From NCBI GenBank assembly GCA_033442325.1, contig JAWQFM010000002.1:2396183-2460182 (forward strand): 64,000 nt of DNA, in the 5' to 3' direction. The translations under genes and the position numbers were made by a program. This document shows, piece by piece, positions 14,346 to 28,375 of this stretch (within the stretch, counting starts at the first letter, position 1; the number at the start of each line of letters is the position of its first letter). The DNA comes from Salpingoeca rosetta (taxonomy: Eukaryota; Protista; Choanoflagellata). Below the pieces are notes generated by a model, which did no database searches, had not been told where the DNA came from, and saw only the letters and a program-made list of their open reading frames with translations.

Positions 14346-17313
14346 TCATGCACGCTCGGTGGAGGGGTCATCACTGGCTGTGGCTGCTTCTGTTGTTGCA
14401 CGCAGTGGCGGTGGCGGTGGTGGTGGTGGAGTGCCAGGCAGAGTCGCTGAAGGAGTAGACGATTCCACACCTGAAGCTTGTGATGGCATGACAGCTGGGG
14501 CCACGGAGGTGGTGGGAGCACTGCTGGTGCCCCTGCCAATGCCGGTGCTGCTTGAGGTTGTCGTGGCGATGGAAGTGACAGGGGTGGCGCCAATGACACC
14601 AGTGCTGGTGCTGGCAGAGGTGGTGGGCGCAGCAGTGACTGTGGTAGCGATGCCAGTGGTTGAAGTGGTACATGTGGTGGCAGGCGATGCAGTCGTCACT
14701 ACACCCACGGTTGCGGTGCTTGCAGTTGCAGCGCTGGTGGTTGTTGTGCTGGTGGTCACGGTGGCACTTGAAGGCGATGACTGGAAGCCAAAGAAGGTAG
14801 GGCCCATGATGGGGTGGGCAGTACCAGCGCCACCAACACCTGCGCCACCAACACCTGCGCCACCAACACCTGCGCCACCAGTGCCAGCACCACCAGTGCC
14901 GACGTGCGTCATGGGTGCACCGCTGTGCATGTAGGCCTGAGCCACGTTAGCAGGGGTGTAGGGATAATCACCACTGGCATGGGGATGGCCCGCGTATGGT
15001 GCTGCGGATGTGGGCGCCAGGCTGTACACAAGCCCCGAATCAGACCACTGCTCGAAAAACGAGGATGGAAGCCGCTGCCTCACGCGTGGCTTGGTCGTGC
15101 AGACCACGCAGGAAGGATCCGAACACATGGGCAGACCCGTGCTGGGGTTGACAGTCGTCTTGTGCGCTGGTGGCGGAGGTGGTGGCTGGTTCGCTTCGGC
15201 CACCTTCTTCTTCACTGCAGCCATCATCGCCTCCTGAAGAAGTGTCGTTGAGACGCTGGACATGGGCAGCGTCTTGCGTTTGGACTTTGCTGGTCGCTGA
15301 TCTTCACCAGGCGTTGTGCTCGCAGGGAACAAGCTGCTGCTGGTACTGCTGGTGGTGTTGGTGGTCACAGGCGTCGCAGTCGTGTCGTTAGTGGTGATGG
15401 AGCTGCTTGTGGTGGCGCGGCTTGTGAATGCTGGTGGCGTCGTCGTGGTCGGCAACGGCGTGCTTGCTGAGCCGCCACTCGTTGTTGTCGCGGTGCCGCC
15501 GATGCCGGCTGCGTTCATGCTGGCGGTGCTTGCGGAGATGGCTGTGGAGATGGGCCCTGGTGGCAGCAGCACTGTATGTGTTGGAGCTGGTGCTGCTGCC
15601 GGTTGCGACCAGGACGATTCTCCGCCCGTCGCACAAGCCACAGAAGACGGCATGGTGCTCACAACCCTTCTTCCCGTGGCAACCGCTGGCATTGCTGACG
15701 AGGCCATCGGCTGCCATGCAGGTGCAGCAGTAGCAGCAAACTGCCCCCTTGTGCTTGGGTTGTAGAAAGCCTGCGTAGCCGTCGTCGAAGACGCAGTGCT
15801 CACCGTGGTCGTGCCCACTCCACCCAAGCCGGCCGCCGTGTAGAAACTGGCATTGCCCATGGCTGTGTTTGGCATGCTCGCCGCTGTGGTACCCGCGGTA
15901 GCAATGCCAGCGCCTGTACTTGTCACGCTCGCTGCCGTTGACGCGCCTGGCGCGGCGATTGTGCTGCCCGGCACTGAACAACCAGTATCGGTATCCGGGG
16001 ACGCAGGGCGCGATGAAGACAGGCTGACCAAGGCCAAGGCGGCTGTCGTTGTGGCTGACACGGCCGCGGGCCCTGTGCTCTCACTCGCGCTCGTGGCGGT
16101 GGTTGTGGTGGTGGCGGTGGCAGCGGCCGGCTGTCCTTCCACATCGGGTGCGTAGAGTGGCACTGTGAAGGAGGATGAGGAGGTGGACGAGGATCCGGCA
16201 GTAGCGGATGCAACATTCATAGGTTTTACAGCAGCGACAGCAGCAGACGAAGAAGAAGAAGAAGTTGTTGTTGTTGTTGTTGTTGCTACTGTTGCTGCTG
16301 TTGTTGTTGTTGCTGTTGCTGTTGCTGTTGCTGTTGCGGCTGCTGTTGTTGAGGCGGTGATGCCCTGCACAGGCGACGGTGACATGGCTGGTATCATTGT
16401 CATGGGCACGCCATGTGACCCCACGGGATGGAACATGAGAGGCATGTGCGCCATGCCCGGCATCATGGGCATCATGCCAGGTGGTGCGGATGGCGCTTGT
16501 GCCATGGCTGCCGTGGACATGCCAGACATGCCATGTGTCGGTGCTGTGGTTGCTGATGGCAGCGCTGACGTCTTCGTCGGTGCCGCTGCTGCCGCGTCCG
16601 GTGTTGTTGCTGTTGTTGCAGAAGCAGGTAGCATTGCCACTTGTGGTCCCCAGTGCATGCCACCTGGAGCTACCCAGTACCCGTTGGTGACCACAAACCC
16701 CATGTGTGGATGTGGATGCTGCTGATGACTCGCGCCGTGTGGCTGGATGAACACAGCGCTGTTGTAGACGCTCATGCCCTGGGCCTGCAGCGGCCGTGGA
16801 CTGCTGACGCTGGTCTCGCCTTTATCTGCTTGCCCGCGGCTGATGTTTCCGCGTCCGGTTTGACCTTGCCGCTGCCGCCCCGGCCGCTGCGCTTTCCTCT
16901 TCGCCGTTGTCACTGCGGCTGTTGTTGTTGACGGCGATGACGATGCTGAAGACGCTGCTGAGGACGACGGGCTGTCGGCGGACGTGGGCTGACTGCCGCT
17001 GCTGCTGGGGCTGACCTGTGGCTGGTTGCCGGCCGCTGCTTGCTTCTCGGCCTTCATGCACTCGACAACCTTGCGGGCCAGCGCGATGTCAATCTTCTCT
17101 GGGTTGACCGTCATCCCAAAGCGGCTCACTTCCACGACGTTGGAGCTCCGGCACTTGTGCAAGCGCGTCGTGCCGTCGGGGAGCGTTTCCGTCACAACAA
17201 TCCACGTCCTGCCAGGCAAATGAGATGGGGCGTTACAAGAATAGCAAGGGGTGGAGCAAGTTGCAAGCCGTGAGTTGCACGTGGGGTGGGGGTGGAGCAC
17301 ACAACACACACAC

Positions 17314-17392
<79 letters not shown>

Positions 17393-20275
17393 GACCAGGT
17401 GGGCAGTGGTGCTTGCATGCATTTCAGCAGGGCGTGTGTGCACACGCAGCTTGCTTGCAAGCACAAGCAGGCGCAACTCAGACGAAATGCCCCACAACAT
17501 GTGCCTGCAAGCATAAATGCACATGCCCACACTCACACCACACACACACACACACGAGCACAAGCACACAAGCACACAAGCACACACACACACAAGCACA
17601 AGCACAAGCACACACAGCTCCACAACAACCAGCAATGACAAGCACCAACACGATGACCACTGGCATGTACGCACGATGGAAAGTTGGGCGGTCCCGTGAG
17701 CTTGCCGCGGTGACACCCGCCACTCTTGGACTTGATCACAATGTCTGCGCCCTCTTTGAGGAAGTTGAACAGAACCGTGCTACCCAACCGCTTGAGGGCG
17801 GCGCGAGCAGGGCGAATGCCGTTGATGCGCTCCTCGGTGGGCTCCCAGTCGAGATTGGACGGGCGCGCGCTAATCTCTGGCCGGTCGCCAACTTTGAGGC
17901 GAACCCAAGTGCTGGGGAACATGGGCGGTTGCACGACGACGGCCTTTTCGCCCTCCTGTGCCTCCCCCTTGCGAACAATGCATCCTTCCAGGGCCCCGGG
18001 CAACCGCTTGACGACCACCACGTCACCTGCTTGCAGCTAACCGAACATTCGGCAACAACAAGACACAAACCGCAAACGTTAGTGGACACGCTTGGTCACA
18101 TCCAACCTTCAACGGCATCCTCACCTCACAGAGCGACACAAACATCATGCCTGCAAGCACAACCTCAGAGCCGGATGAAGGTGTGACTGGCTCCACACGA
18201 CAACACACACACATACACGCACATACACACATACACACGACACACATACACGCATACACACACGCACACGTCTCTCCCTCCCTGTTTCGCAACAAGCACG
18301 CACCGAGACAAACTTGAGCTTTCGCTCGCAGCGGCCAAGCTCCTCCACGAGAACTTCCAGGGCTTGGTTGACTTTGCGAGGCTGCCGCTTGGACTTTGCA
18401 CGGGCCGAAGAAACCCTTGAGGGCTTGTAGGTACCGTCGCGCTGAGAAGCTGGGGGGCGCTTCGCAGCCTTGCGCTTCTTGGTCGGCTTGCGGCCCGGGG
18501 TATGCGGTGTCTGCTGCTGCTGCTGCTGCTGCGTGGTGCCCACACTGCCGCCCTCCACTGCCGGCGCTAGCGGCGGCGCTGGTGTAGCGCCTTTGTTGTC
18601 GCTGCTGCTGTCGCTGGAATCGCCGCCGGCTTCTGCCTTGCGGTAGCGCAGGGGTGGGCGGGATGCCCGCTTTGGGCGCTTGCGCACGGGCACTCCCTCG
18701 CCATTGACCACGGGGATGAGTGAAGCGGGGATGGCAGCGCCTGGCTGTGGGGTGGGGCCATGGCTCTCGCTGCATGGTGTATCTGGTTGGGGCTTGCGCT
18801 TTGCGGTCGCCCCCTTGGTGGCAGCACTCTTGGACGCCTTTGCCTTGGCTGTTGCAAGGCCACGTTTGGGCGTGGCGGCCTTGGTGCTTGTGTGCTTGGC
18901 AGCGGCGCTCTTCTGCTTGGCACCCTTTGCTGCGCGCGCCTTGGCAACGGCGTCCTTTGGCTTGCCAGCGCCAACCTTTGCGACCTTGGCCTTCTTCTTT
19001 TGCGGATGCTGCTGCTGGTGCTGCTGCTCAGAGTCGCCAGTGCCGTCGTTGCCGTTGGGTGTGTTCGCAGGCGCCACAGCCGCGGCACTAGGGCCTCTCT
19101 TTGAGGATGTAATCTCGTTTGCAGCTGCACGTAGAGCAAAAAGGAATACGTGTAGCGGTGTGAGTGAGGCAAAGGTGGACGGGAGGTGATGGAATACGAG
19201 TCATGTAGGACATGCAATGGATTCGTGCGCACGCGTTCACAAGACAAGGGACCACACACACGCTAGCATTCACATGGGGACGTGGAGGGTCGTGTCTGAC
19301 ATAACGTGCAACAACCGAACGCACAGCACACAGCACTGCACATGCAGACGCCACGCAGAAGACCATGCAATGACAATCGAGCGGCAAGCTGGTGGCATCG
19401 CCAGCAGACATACCTGACACGGTCGGAGTGGGCCCAGCGTGCTGAGGCTGCTCCAGGACGGAGAGTTTGGGTGCCCTGTGTGTGTGTGTGTGTGTGTGTT
19501 GTGTTGTGTTGTGTTGTGTGTGTGTGTGTGTGTGTTGTGTTGTGTTGTGTGTGTGTGTGTTGTGTTGTGTGTGTGTGTGTTGTGTTGTGTGAGTGTGTGT
19601 GTTGGGAGGGGAAAGGCTGATGAGATGGTGACATTAACATGTGCTTGCGGTAGTTGTGCATGTACAAGTGTGTTCTCTCTCAAACGGTGTCGCAGTGAAC
19701 CTGCAATAAGTACTTGTGTCTGTGTGTGTGTGTGTGTGTGTGTGCGTACAATGTCGAAATGCTGCACTTCTTGGCACTTGCGCGAGGACCACCGGAGGTC
19801 TTCTTCGTCGATGGTGTCTTCTTCTTGGCGCCGGTGGCCTTTGACGCCAGTGTGGCCTTCTTCCGCTGGGTTGTCGCCTTCTTCTTGCCCTTGGTGGTGG
19901 TTGTGGTGTCTTGGGAGGCAGCTGCTGTGCCCGTCGAGGCGAGGCGGAGCTTCCGGCGCGTTTTTGGCGTCGGTGGGTCGGGAAGCTGAGTCGGAGATTG
20001 GGGGTTGTGTGGGAACGGCTGACTGCTGGCCTCGAAGACGAAGTCTGCCACGGCGAGGAGCTCCACCTCAGGGTTGTGAACCGAGTAGTAGACCCGTTTC
20101 CGCAAACGACGCAAGTCTCCGTAGGTCAGTGCCTCTGTGTCGACAAGCAGCTCGCTCGGTGGGTGCGTGGGTGCCAACGGGGCGGGTACCTTCTTGGACG
20201 ATAAAGGGACCTTGCTGCTGCTGCTGCTGCTGCTGCTGTTGTTGTTGTTCTCCTCCTTCTTGCTGCTGCTGCTGC

Positions 20276-20329
<54 letters not shown>

Positions 20330-20885
20330 CCTTCTTGTTGCCGCTGCTGTGACATGCCTTGGTGGCCACTGCCGACGATGACATGCGCGCTGCTGCCGTT
20401 GCCACTTCGTCTTCGCTGATGACTTCTTCTTCTTTGGTGGAAGGTGGCGGCGATGGTTGGCTCAACGTCAATGATCCAGACGAGGAAGAGGCGGAGATTG
20501 AGCCGCGCGACGGTGACGAGGCGTGCGAGAGCTTGCGGTTGGTGGACGATGACGATGATGAGGGGCCCGCAGCAGGGTCACGCGGAGAAGATGATGGAGC
20601 TGAAGGAGCCAGTGAAGGGGACGAGGACGGGGACGGTGATGGTGGCGTGGATGCGCCGTTCTTGAGTGAGTGAGGCGTGGGTCCAATGGCCATCATGGTT
20701 GCCTTGCTGGTGGTTGAGGACGCTGACGTGTCGACGGGTGGCGGGGCGGGTGTTGTGTCGACAGTGGTGGTGGGTGGGGCGCTGGTTGCTGGTGTGGCGG
20801 GCTGCTCTAGGGCCACTTGGTCTGAGGTCGTGGCCTTCTTGGCGGTCTTGCGACCACCTGCTGTCGCGGATGCGGTTCGCGGCAT
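14346..20885 (-). CDS. Large low-complexity (S/T/A/P/K-rich) protein with two tandem SH3-barrel-like repeats, probably nuclear
   Basis: Long open exons at about 19780-20885, 18310-19130, 17675-18026 and 14346-17208 with GT-AG boundaries. Contains basic NLS-like clusters and a duplicated PPxFPSTW..RxSN motif. Confidence 0.7.
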
Positions 20886-21247
20886 GCGCTCTGTCGAGAG
20901 GCGTGTGTCGAAAGCCGAGGCCTGTCGACAGGGGTATGCGTGTATATCGTATGCTCGTGTGCGTAGCTTGCGCGCGCGTGCGTGCGGCGCGTGTTGAAGA
21001 GCGGGTTTCCGGTGGCGCGCGCGCGTGTGTCGGGGCGCGGGCTTGTGTCTATGGGTGCGTGTTTGCGCGCGCATACGTGTTGTGGATGTGTGTGTGTGTG
21101 TGTGCGCGCGCGTACGTGTTATGCGTGTGTGCGTGTGGGTGTGGGTGTGTGTGCGTGTGTGTGTGTGCGTGCGTGCGTGTGTGCGTGTGTGTGTGCGTGC
21201 GTGCGTGCGTGCGTGCGTGTGTGCGTGTTTGAGCAAGGGGTGAGCAG

Positions 21248-21256
21248 TTTGGCGCG
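21248..21256 (+). promoter_or_regulatory. E2F-like site TTTGGCGCG
   Basis: Canonical E2F consensus about 360 bp upstream of the ATG at 20885. Confidence 0.4.
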
Positions 21257-21799
21257 TAAAAGGGTGTACTACAAACAACGCCAGTGATTCTCAAGGATGG
21301 AGGCGGATATCAACCAGCACAAACGCATACAACAAGCAGAGAGCCACCGAAGGAAAGCAAGTGAAAATGGCGCGCACCGTGGCGGCATTGTGTGCGCGCC
21401 AATGCTTACCGAGGGTGGCTAAGAGGATGCCTGAACGCGGTCGGTGCAACTTGGAGAGTTGTGGTCAGTCACAGGTGTGCGGTGTTTGAGCGTGGGCGTG
21501 CGCGTGTGCTTGGGTTCACGCGCAAACGAAGAAGTTGTGCGTGTTGTGTGTTTTGCGGTGGTCTGTGATGAGCTTGCGTATGTGTGTGGTTGGTGTTTGA
21601 TGAGGGTGGCAAGGTCGGGGTTGGCGGGCTCGGTAAGAAGAAAAATCAAGGAAAATGCAACAAGATTTCTCAAATGAGCCGATCATGTCATTCGTGCCAA
21701 TTCAACAAATGACATCATTCCATAACTCCTTTGAGCTGCAGCATAAAACAAACCATTTTCGCGTGATGACCACATGTGTGTGTGTGTGTGTGTTTGTCT

Positions 21800-21851
<52 letters not shown>

Positions 21852-22161
21852 GTGTGTGTGTGCGTGTGTGTGTGTATGTGTGTGTGTGTGTATGTGTGTG
21901 TGTGTGTGAATTCTCATGTGCGCGCGCGAGTCATGTCAACATTGGCACCCCTTCCCTGTCACTTTCCATATCAACCGGTAGGCTGTAATGGAAAAGACAA
22001 GCAAGGACAAGAAGCAGGGCAGGGGGGCACGAGGCACCAGGGCAGTATGGTGTGTTGATATGATGCAACAAAACCACAACACGTTAAGCAAAATACACGT
22101 GGACGGGGCGGGGGGACGCACGCACAGGACAGAAGGACAAACACACAAGGCAGGCATGCGA

Positions 22162-22913
22162 TCAGGCATCTGCGTGCAGGATCTCCTCAGTGAAGCGCTG
22201 ATAGTTGATACCCTACGTGTGCGTGTGTGTTTGTGTATGTGTGAGTGAGTTGAGTGCGTGTGTTTGTGTGTGAGTGTGTATGTGTGTGTGCGTGCGAGTT
22301 TGAGTGCGTGCGTGTGTGTGAGTGAGTTGAGTGCGTGTGTGTGTGTGTGTGTGTGTGCGTGTTTGAGTGCGCGTGAGTGAGTTTGAGTGTGTGAGTGAGT
22401 TTGAGTGCGTGTGTTTGCGTGCATGTACACTGTCCATGGAGAGTGAGACCAACACGACGACGACGACCACCACGACCACCACCACGACCACCACCACGAC
22501 CACCACCATGACCAGCAACAGTAGTGTCGGTGCAAGAAGCGCATGGTGGAGGAAAGGGGCATGCGCAGCGGCTGACGCAGCTCAAAACTATCGCATGTCA
22601 CTCACATTGTTGCGTGCATCGCCACCCTCGGCAAAGTGGCGAGCGAGTGTGCGAATCTCCTGCAGTGTCAGGTCGGCCGTGTGCTGCACAATCACGCCCT
22701 CAAACACGTCCAGTGGCAGCACCCCATGCTCCTAACAAAGCACAGCGCGGAGGCGTGAGAGGGAGAGTGTGAGTGTGTGCGAGAGAGTGTGTGTGCGAGA
22801 GAGTGTGTATGTGTGCGTGCATGTGCAAGCGGCGAGTGGATGTGAACATGCATGCGCCAATGAGGGAAAGCGCACAATCACAGTGGCAGAGTGAAGACGA
22901 CGGCTACGGTCCT

Positions 22914-22984
<71 letters not shown>

Positions 22985-24484
22985 AGCAAGCAAGGCCTTC
23001 GACCAACCACTGAGTCTGCGCCCTGAAGGGCCGCCTGCACGCTCGGTGCATTGTCGCGAAGTGATTGTCTTGCTTTCGCAGACACAGCGTCCACGTCGCT
23101 CTCCGGCATCTAGCAATGGACGGGCGTGGTTGCGTTTGAGTGTGAGCGAGTGCGTGTGCGTGTGATTGTGTGTGATTGTGTGAGTGTGCGTGCGAGTGTG
23201 CGTGCGAGTGTGTGTGATTGTGTGTGCGTGCATGTTTTGAATGTGTGGGTGCACAAGCACGTGCATCGATGTACAAGGAAAAGAGACGTGTTGAACGCAG
23301 GAAGAAGCAAATAGCACGGCAGAAATGCCGACATCATGGGTCGTTGCCACTGTGTGTCTGTTTGTGCGGCTGGTGGACTGCAATCAAGCACAGCGCCCAC
23401 ATGTTCAAGCACAACACGCGAGGGCATCCATACCTTGTTTTGCTCCATGAAGGTAAACGTAAAGTCGGATGCGTCTGTGAGGAGGAACCTACGAAATGGC
23501 AAGGACACCGTGAGAACGTGCATGACAAGAAACCTCATCTAATCAACAACGTGGCGCGCACGCAAAAAAAAAAAAAAAACGTACACACGCACACACGCAA
23601 GCAGCAATGTAAAGCACAAGAGTGCGCTGCAAACGAAGCAGTCATTCGCAGGGGGAGCGCGGCAAACACATACCTGTGCTTGTTGGCTTCGATGACAGCA
23701 CCAAGGCGGAAGTCCTCAACACCGTACGCGCGAGATGTGCCTGGCACCTTCAGCTGGCAGCGCTCAAGGAACTTGCCTGCACGCGTGTTTGGGGGGGAGG
23801 GACGGGGCGACGGGGCGAAAGTCGCTGCTGTCAGCTATACGTATGCAAGCGTGTCGACGTTCACACACAGAGAGACAGAGAGATAGACACACATACATAC
23901 ACGTAGACACAGACATACGCCGCACATATACACAGACACATAGACACACGCCCGCACACATACACAGACACATAGACACACGCCCGCACACATACACAGA
24001 CACGCATGCATGCACAGACACCCTTACCTCCGGCGATGCCCGAGTTGCGCTTGCGGCTCTCGAAGATGGCGAGGGTGTCGTCGGCGAGGTAGAATGTGAT
24101 GGCAAACTCACGGTCCATATCCACGGGGTTGTCCGTGTCCATGCGCGCCTTAAACTGCAGCGAGCGCGACCCTTCCTGACAAGTGGAACAGGAGGATGAT
24201 GGGGGTTGCGGATGGGGGAATGTGAATAACACATGCATGTGAATGTGTGTTTGGGTGATTGAGGGACGGCGCAGGAAGAATCCCGGAAGCGTGGTCAATG
24301 GTGGACTGAAATGCAGGACACACGTGCACCCACGCACCCACCCACACGCACACACACACACACACGCACACACACGCACACACACACACACACACACGCA
24401 CCCCCCGGCACACACACCCACACACACACGCACGCACGCACGCACACACGCACCCACCGGCACACACACACACACACCCACACA

Positions 24485-24527
<43 letters not shown>

Positions 24528-24536
24528 CCACACCCA

Positions 24537-24628
<92 letters not shown>

Positions 24629-26771
24629 TGCTCGCACCTCGAACCACTTCTTGAACTGGCGCTTTGGGGGCTTGAGGATGAGGTGGTTGACGCTGACGAG
24701 CGAGTCCTCCTCCGTGCCAAAGCCCGTGTGCGGCGGTGTTGGCATGCGCGGGATCTCATCCTCCGGCTGAAACGCATTGGACCAGCACAGGCGCGCAAGC
24801 GTGAGGGACTCGTGTAAACGTGCAACATTTTGTTCATTTGTGCGGTTGTGCAATGGCTTGTGTAAGGGCTTCGGCAACCACTACTACGACTACTACCACC
24901 ACCACCGTCACTGCTACTACCCAGCACCACCGCCAGCACCGCTACTACCATGCATGACTACCTCTTCGACGTGGATGGGCTCAAAGTGGTCCATGCCATA
25001 CTTCTCCTTGTAGTATGCCTTTGTAAAATCGTCGCAGTCGCACAGCAGGACCGTGCGGCCATACACGTTGATCTCAGCACCAATCTCAAGGTCCTTGTCT
25101 GTGTAGTGTGCTGACTCGCCACTGCCCGTGTGCAGGCTGTCGAGAATGTGTCGGCCTTGCAGCCCTGATGTGTGTGAAGTGTGTGGGGAGCGTTGGGGGG
25201 TGGTGGTGGTGGTGGTGGTGAACAAACGATGGGTGTGAGCGAGAAATGCAGTGTGTGGATGGTTGTATAGCGACAGGGACAGGTGGGAATGTTCGGCAGA
25301 GCAAAGTAAGTGCCTCATGCACACACCTGACGGGGCAAAGACGTTGAGGAGGGTTCTGCTGGTGACGGCGCCCGGCACCTTGGTTTGGCCGTGGTGGTCC
25401 TGGCGGGCAAATCAAGCAGAAGCATCGGTGAGGATATAACAAAATAAAAGGTGTATGTGTGTGTGTATGTGTGTGTATGTGTGTGTGTGGAGAGTAGCAT
25501 GAGGTTCCAAGGTTGAGTGTTGCAGGTGAAGAGCAACAAAATCAAGCAACACACACACACACACACACACAAAACACAAAACACACGCACACACGCACAC
25601 ACACACACACACAAAACACAAAACACAAATAAACACATAAACCCTCACAAACACAGAACACACATGAAACACACGCACACAAAAACGAACATATACAAAC
25701 ACATAACCCCTCACAAACGCATAAACACGCACCTTTGGCAGCTTCTGGCGCCGCAGGAAGACCCCTGGTCCATCGCGGCCGCTGTTTGGCTGCTGCACCT
25801 CACGGATCTCAAGTGTGTCGTCCGCAAGGAAGTAGTGCAACACAAGATACCGCTTCTCCCCAAACTCGCTGGACACCCGCAGCCACGGTTGGAGTTGCAT
25901 GTGTATGTGGAGAAAGGGGGGGGGGGGGAAGGGAGGGGGAAGGGAGGGGGAATTGGGGTTGGAGTGGAGATTGGATGAGGGTGGACGACTAAAGGTGTGG
26001 AGAAGAGGATGCTGCTCAGGTCTGGCGGAATTAATTCCACGTGCACCAGAACACACAAAAAACACAAAACACAAACAAACAAACAAAAACACACAGACAC
26101 ACAGATACACACACGCACATACCTGTCAGAGTCGTCCCAGAGGCAGTAGAAGCGGAGGACCTTGCGGTCGTTTTCGAGAAACTGCTTGAGCTTGTCCTGG
26201 CGCTCGTATGGGCGAAGCGGCACCTGCGTCGCCTTGGCGTTCTACAAAAGTACGTGTACGCATGTGTATGTGTGTGTGCATGTGTGGTTTTAAAGTGGAG
26301 ATGAGAAGCGGGAGCGTGAGGGTGAACATGAGGAGCGGTGGGAATGAGACCGGCTAAGACTGCACCAAAACACATGTCACAGCCACACAGCTGTTGAACA
26401 CGGGAATGCACACATACACACAACACACACACACAACATGCAGACGTGCACACATCAACAGCACGCACCTCGCGGAGGGTTGAGTATGGGTCTGTTGGCG
26501 GCTGGAGTGGCTGGCCGACGCTGACGCCGAGCTTGGTGAGGAAGTCACGCGTGAATTTGTCGCAGTCGTAGATCAGGAACGTGCGCCCGTAGATGGTAAT
26601 CTGCACGCGCACAGGGGAGGGGGAACAAGGCAATGAGTCCCTGAACAGGCACACAACACAACACAGCACACAACACAACACCATACACACACGTGCACAA
26701 CCCATATTTGCGCGTGCACTCGCATGAACACACGTACGCGTGCACAGACGCACAGACACAGACACACGTGC

Positions 26772-26822
<51 letters not shown>

Positions 26823-27273
26823 CACACACACACACACAAAGCAACGCAGTACAGCACAGCACAACGCAGCGGAACGCAGGACAACACAGCGCAGCAGTGT
26901 GCCCGCACCTCCTTGCCGACGTTGAAGTCCTCCACCTCGTAAAACTCGTCATCGCGCGGCGCAGGCTTGGGCACGCGGTGTCGTCGCAGCAGCTTGCCTG
27001 GCATGGTGGCGTCGGCAGCAGCAGCAGCAAATACGCACGGAATTGTGTGTCGGGTGAGTGATTAATGGGGAGGATAGGGTGCATTGCTGGTGCAGTAAAC
27101 GCAGCAATGATAACACCATGCAGATACAGACCCAGGCAGCACCCAAACACAGCAAAGGTACACAGACACAGATACATGGGCACAGACACACAAACCCACA
27201 CAACACACACAACAGCCACGCACACACACAGCCACACACACACACACAACACGCACACACACACACACAACAG

Positions 27274-27330
<57 letters not shown>

Positions 27331-28299
27331 AACAAACAAACAAGCAACAGACGCACAGACACACACACAGACACAGACACACACAGCAGCAACAGCAACA
27401 GCTCACGCGCAACCGACCTTGCGGGAGACCGCTGTCTGCCTTTGGAGGCTCAATGACCTCCAGAGTGTCGTCCTCGGGAAAGAAGAAGATCTTGCACTTG
27501 CGAACGCGAAAGTGCTCCTCGCGCCGCTCGTGCACCGCCTCCTGAAAGTACGCGTCAAACGACAGCGTCTGCGCGTGTAGTGTGTGTGTGTGTGTTCGTG
27601 TGTGTGTGTGATGTTGTGTGTGTGTGTGATGTTGTGTGTGCAAGAAAGAAAGGGTGGAGACAGGTAAGGGGGGGATGGACGCATGCTTGGATCGAATGTA
27701 CATCAAGGCGAATGCATGCGGACACGCTTGCGTCCAAACGGATGCACCTGTCGGTCAAAGACGAGCCATGCTGGCTGCTTGGCAACGGTGGGATCACTGC
27801 GCAGAGTGGAGCTGGGGACGCGCTTTGCTTTGTCTGCAGAGGGTTGCATAATTTGGGGGGAGGGGACGGATTTGGAGTTAGGTAACGTTGAAGGCTTGCA
27901 GTGCCTTGATCTGTGAGTACGTGCACACAAACTCAAAAAAACAAAAACAACAAAGGGCAAAGCACAGCAACCGCCCACTGCACAAGCAGAAGCATGTAAG
28001 CAAGCACGCAAGCAAGCACACACCTGAATCTGAGAGGACGACGGGAACGCCGTTTGCGAACGTCAGCTGTTGCTTGCGGGGCTTTGGCGCCTGGTCAGTC
28101 TGATGGCACAAAGGAGCAAGGGCCATAGAGCACCAAGCGTGAGCACATGTCACCGTGTCACCTGGACAACATTGAGCAGTCGTCTCCCACTTTGCACACG
28201 ACACACATACACACGAACACACACGACCACATGCTGCGTCTCTCTCACATTGAAGGAGTTGCCAGGGAGCGGTGGCAGCGTCGATTGGCGGAAAGCCAT
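22162..28299 (-). CDS. EFHC2: EF-hand domain-containing family member C2 (Rib72-like, three DM10 domains, degenerate EF-hand tail)
   Basis: [17 protein letters not shown]; [41 protein letters not shown]; [42 protein letters not shown]; [26 protein letters not shown]; last exon [16 protein letters not shown]. The LPGNSFN and LRPYE motifs favour EFHC2 over EFHC1. Confidence 0.92.
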
Positions 28300-28320
28300 G
28301 GCGGCTGTCAAGCTGTGTGA

Positions 28321-28375
<55 letters not shown>

